Shown: piece after piece, positions 22,505 to 25,619 of the stretch
How the letters are laid out: the number at the start of each line of letters is the position of its first letter
Position numbering within the stretch: position 1 is the first letter of the stretch
Assembly: GCA_023515725.1 (NCBI GenBank)
Contig: JALDTO010000220.1
Location: forward strand, 1 to 25,619
Direction of reading: 5' to 3'
Source: Amoeboaphelidium protococcarum X5
Taxonomy: Eukaryota > Fungi > Aphelidiomycota
Length of the DNA stretch: 25,619 nucleotides
Position numbers and translations under genes: made by a program
Notes under the pieces: generated by a model
What the model was told of the DNA's origin: nothing
Databases searched by the model: none
What the model saw: only the letters and a program-made list of their open reading frames with translations

Positions 22505-24415
22505 TCATTACATGTCACGATTGCCTTCAGCAGGGAACGATGCTTGTACGCCAATAGATTTAAATGTTACCGGTCTTGCCTGTATTTAGATATGGCGCCT
22601 CTTCACCTTCTTCTTGGATGCCGGCGGAGATGAGGACGACTAGGATGTATCATTCAGTGGCTGACCACGTTAAGGCCCGACATCAACCTTGAGCTCATTC
22701 CTGAGAGGACTTGAGCGCTTTTGATGACTATTTCGCGCAGATGATGTCGATATAGGCGCAGGAGGTGGGGTGTTGGTCATACTCTTGCGAAGGTCTTTGA
22801 GCTACTACTTCGCATTTGAACCCGACGGCGGACTAGGCAGATCTTTACTCAACATGGGATTAGCAAAATTCTTCTATATCGTTGGCCAATTAAGTTGAAA
22901 CTCATCCAAATTTAGCGATATTGGCTTATTCAAGTCAGACTTGCCACCTTAAAGAGCTTTTGGCAGAGCAGTAGCAGGAGATTTCTTTGCATTGATAACC
23001 TTTCCGTTGCTTTCTAACTAATGAGCGATAGGACTGGGAAGACGTTCAGCAAATAGGCGCAATTCTTCAAGCTGCTTGTGCAAATCATCATCCAAATCAG
23101 TTCCCTTTTTAGCTTGCGAATTTCTATGATTCTGCTGGCCAGGCTCGTTCACTTTACTTTAAGGTTATACATCAACAGCAACACCATCATCGTCATCATC
23201 AAAGAATTTGGCAGTGATCTCATTCGCAAACTCATCCGGAATACCAGTCTTTCTATGCTCAGTTACAGACTTGACAGGAGTTTATAAATCTACCACCTTC
23301 TCATTACTCAGACTATCTTACTTATCAAACTTGGAGTAATCTTCACCCGGGATGACACGGTCATAGCCAGAGAATTTGACGCGATTTCCCTTTCTCTTAT
23401 CAGTATTAGCAGCCTTTTTCATTGCACCTCCGTTGACTATATGACTTTAGAGAAGATTCAGTTGCTTCAAGACGCTGTCGCTCACAATTGCGTCCTATTC
23501 TAGAGAGACACTAGCATTACCCAAAATATCATCTTGGACAGAAAGCTCTTGAGTAGGCTGCATCTGCTTAGGACTTTCGTTCAATTCAGAGGGAAACTTG
23601 AACGAATCATTGTTATCGTTAATCCTGTTGATAACAGCCATAAGATCATCATCCATCAGTATGTAGCTCATCTTTTTCTACTGAACACTAGTCTTTTCGC
23701 TATTCAAAAGCTATTCCGGAAATTTGCTTTTTCTGTACTTCTTATGGCCATTGTTGTCAGACTGTTGATCACCAACATCGCCATTTTCGCCATCTGTACC
23801 GCGATGTACAGCCATAGACGAGAAATCAGACTACATATCAGATGATGTATCGTACATATCAAAGACTGTGGAAATCTTTTCATTTGATCCCAGACGCGAA
23901 AATCGATACTTGTTGAAGGGTTCAGCAGATTAGCCATTTTGATCTTCAGATGGAGCTGTTTCAACCCGCTTCTGAGGACGATCATCGTTGATCTACTGCA
24001 GATGGTGCTTATTCCTGCGTACATCCTAGTTATTAGTCTCAGACTGAGTCATTCTCTTTCTTTAATCTTGTCGCTATGGTGGTGGAGAAGCGCGGGACTG
24101 CTACTACAATTCCAATACAGCTTACTACTGCGACTTGCCCTTTTACTACTGACGCGCGCCATGCTGTGACACTCCTACTTGGGATGACTGAGCACTATCT
24201 TCATCAGTAACGTACACAGGAGGAGTAAGATTACCTCTAGATGCACCAGGCTTCTACTTTCTTCCCTACTAGGAGGATTTGAATAGCTTTGAGAAGAATC
24301 CACGAGGCTTATTTTTTTATGAGGATCGTCTTTTGATCGCCGTTGTTGATGATGATGGCTCGGTTGTCCGCAGAAAATCCGCAAGAGCCTTTGTACCTTA
24401 CTAATTAGTTGACAT
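22505..24415 (-). CDS. Uncharacterised, largely disordered Gln/Ser/Asp-rich protein, 636 aa
   Basis: 1911-nt frame with no TGA from ATG 24415 to TGA TGA TGA. Runs of TAG/TAA/CAG read as poly-Gln. No folded domain recognised. Confidence 0.75.
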
Positions 24416-24593
24416 ATTTTTTAAGATGGTATCCAAGAAATTAATATTATCACAATATAATTTGACGCGTGGCCCTTTTACTTAATATTATTTAAAGATA
24501 CACAGAGAAAATAGATAGTTGTTGAAAAGTAACACCGACTGAGAGCATTTGATCGTATTAATATTGTATCAGCCAATCAGAGCGTCGCATTGC

Positions 24594-25600
24594 TCAATTT
24601 AAAACGTTGAATTGCGTCTGATTGCTCGCAGTTACAACCTCAATTAGAGAGCCGCTTTATGGTCTCTTGCTTGCATCGCTAGCGTATTCAGCAATCTTCC
24701 TACAGTGAGTTTATGTTATTAACAATGAGGCGCGTCAAAATTTAAATATTTCTAAACAGTCTTACTCTCCAAACACGTCCAGCGGCGTCCATGAGCTTGT
24801 ATCAGCTCCAGGCATTGCACTGCGATTTGCCTTGGTATCTAAGGTCACTCTACAAGTCGGAGTAGTGTCAGATTATTGTTCAGGTACTAATCAAAGATGA
24901 AATCTTACGGCAATATAGCAACTGTAGTCGCGCCAGAAGGTAGACCAGACGATGCCGCGTCAGCCAGAGATTTAGTCAGCTGGTGAACAGCAGCCTTTGC
25001 CAGTCCATACGCCAACATTCCACCAGTGCCGCCCAATGCTGCTTTAGCTCCGGTTAACACAACTAAGCCCTTCCTACATATCAGCACAATAATAATGATT
25101 TTAATTATGGGACATCAGCGAATAAATATTACTCTTCTAGATACTTTGCAGCTATCAGAGACGCTAGTACTGAAGACTGGACGCTCTACTTGTACATTAA
25201 GTCCACATTCTTGAGTAATTCTGAGGCATTGTTCAGATTGCCACCAGCCCATCCGCCAGCAACACAGACAACGGCTGATAGTTTCTTATCCTTCCAGCTT
25301 TGAGCTAGATCTTTCACCACCTACAATGTTTACGGTGTGAGTGTGAAATTGAAGCCGGTCAACAGAAGACTTACCACATCGTGATGTTGAGTCCATGACT
25401 GGGACACGTCCAACACAATGTTATGATCAACTTCATTGTTACTGCGGAAATCCACAGAGATTACACTCTACAACAAGACTTAACTTTGATCAAACATTGA
25501 AAATACAATTAATCAGCCATACCCATTTTTAGGCTTTAAATATTTTGCAGATAGCTTGGCCCAATGCGCCATTGCCTCCATACACTAGAACTGACTTCAT
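24594..25600 (-). CDS. QDPR: Dihydropteridine reductase (SDR family), 237 aa
   Basis: Exons 25600-25523, 25467-25375, 25320-25133, 25073-24909, 24849-24766, 24699-24594. [24 protein letters not shown](TAG=Q)[37 protein letters not shown]. Confidence 0.95.
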
Positions 25601-25619
25601 TGTAACGCGTCACGTCAAA

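Noticed and set aside
23078-24169. Hydrophobic + strand ORFs resembling membrane proteins
   Set aside because: They are antisense to the Asp/Glu/Gln-rich - strand gene; the hydrophobicity is a complementarity artefact.
1-25619. Interpretation as a field of pseudogenes with premature stops
   Set aside because: The interruptions are TAA/TAG at Gln positions, with no frameshifts, in essential genes such as CDC42 and PMM. This is a code reassignment, not decay.
1-25619. CRISPR arrays, transposons, rRNA or tRNA genes
   Set aside because: No regular repeat-spacer arrays, transposase or RT motifs, terminal repeats or recognisable structural RNA genes were seen by eye.

Overview
Gene-dense eukaryotic DNA with short spliceosomal introns. 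It has to be read with a non-standard nuclear code in which TAA and TAG encode Gln and TGA is the only stop, which is why the supplied ORF track is fragmented. Re-read this way, the window holds 16 protein-coding genes: SRAP/HMCES (5'-truncated), phosphomannomutase, Cdc42, a WNK kinase, twinfilin, four paralogous secreted zinc-metalloprotease-like genes (three with HEXXHGLGF, one catalytically dead), a single-pass membrane kinase, PduO-type cobalamin adenosyltransferase, Ric8, a probable ATP synthase subunit f, a YqjM-type old yellow enzyme, an unknown disordered protein and dihydropteridine reductase. Fungus-like proteins, genes missing from yeasts, and TAR=Gln together point by inference to an aphelid such as Amoeboaphelidium. 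Main observations: the code reassignment; all 17 modelled introns end in TGTAG; a protease cluster that varies in catalytic state and anchoring, including a GPI-like tail hidden behind an in-frame TGA; and frequent tandem TGA stops. All translations and alignments were done by eye, with no database searches.
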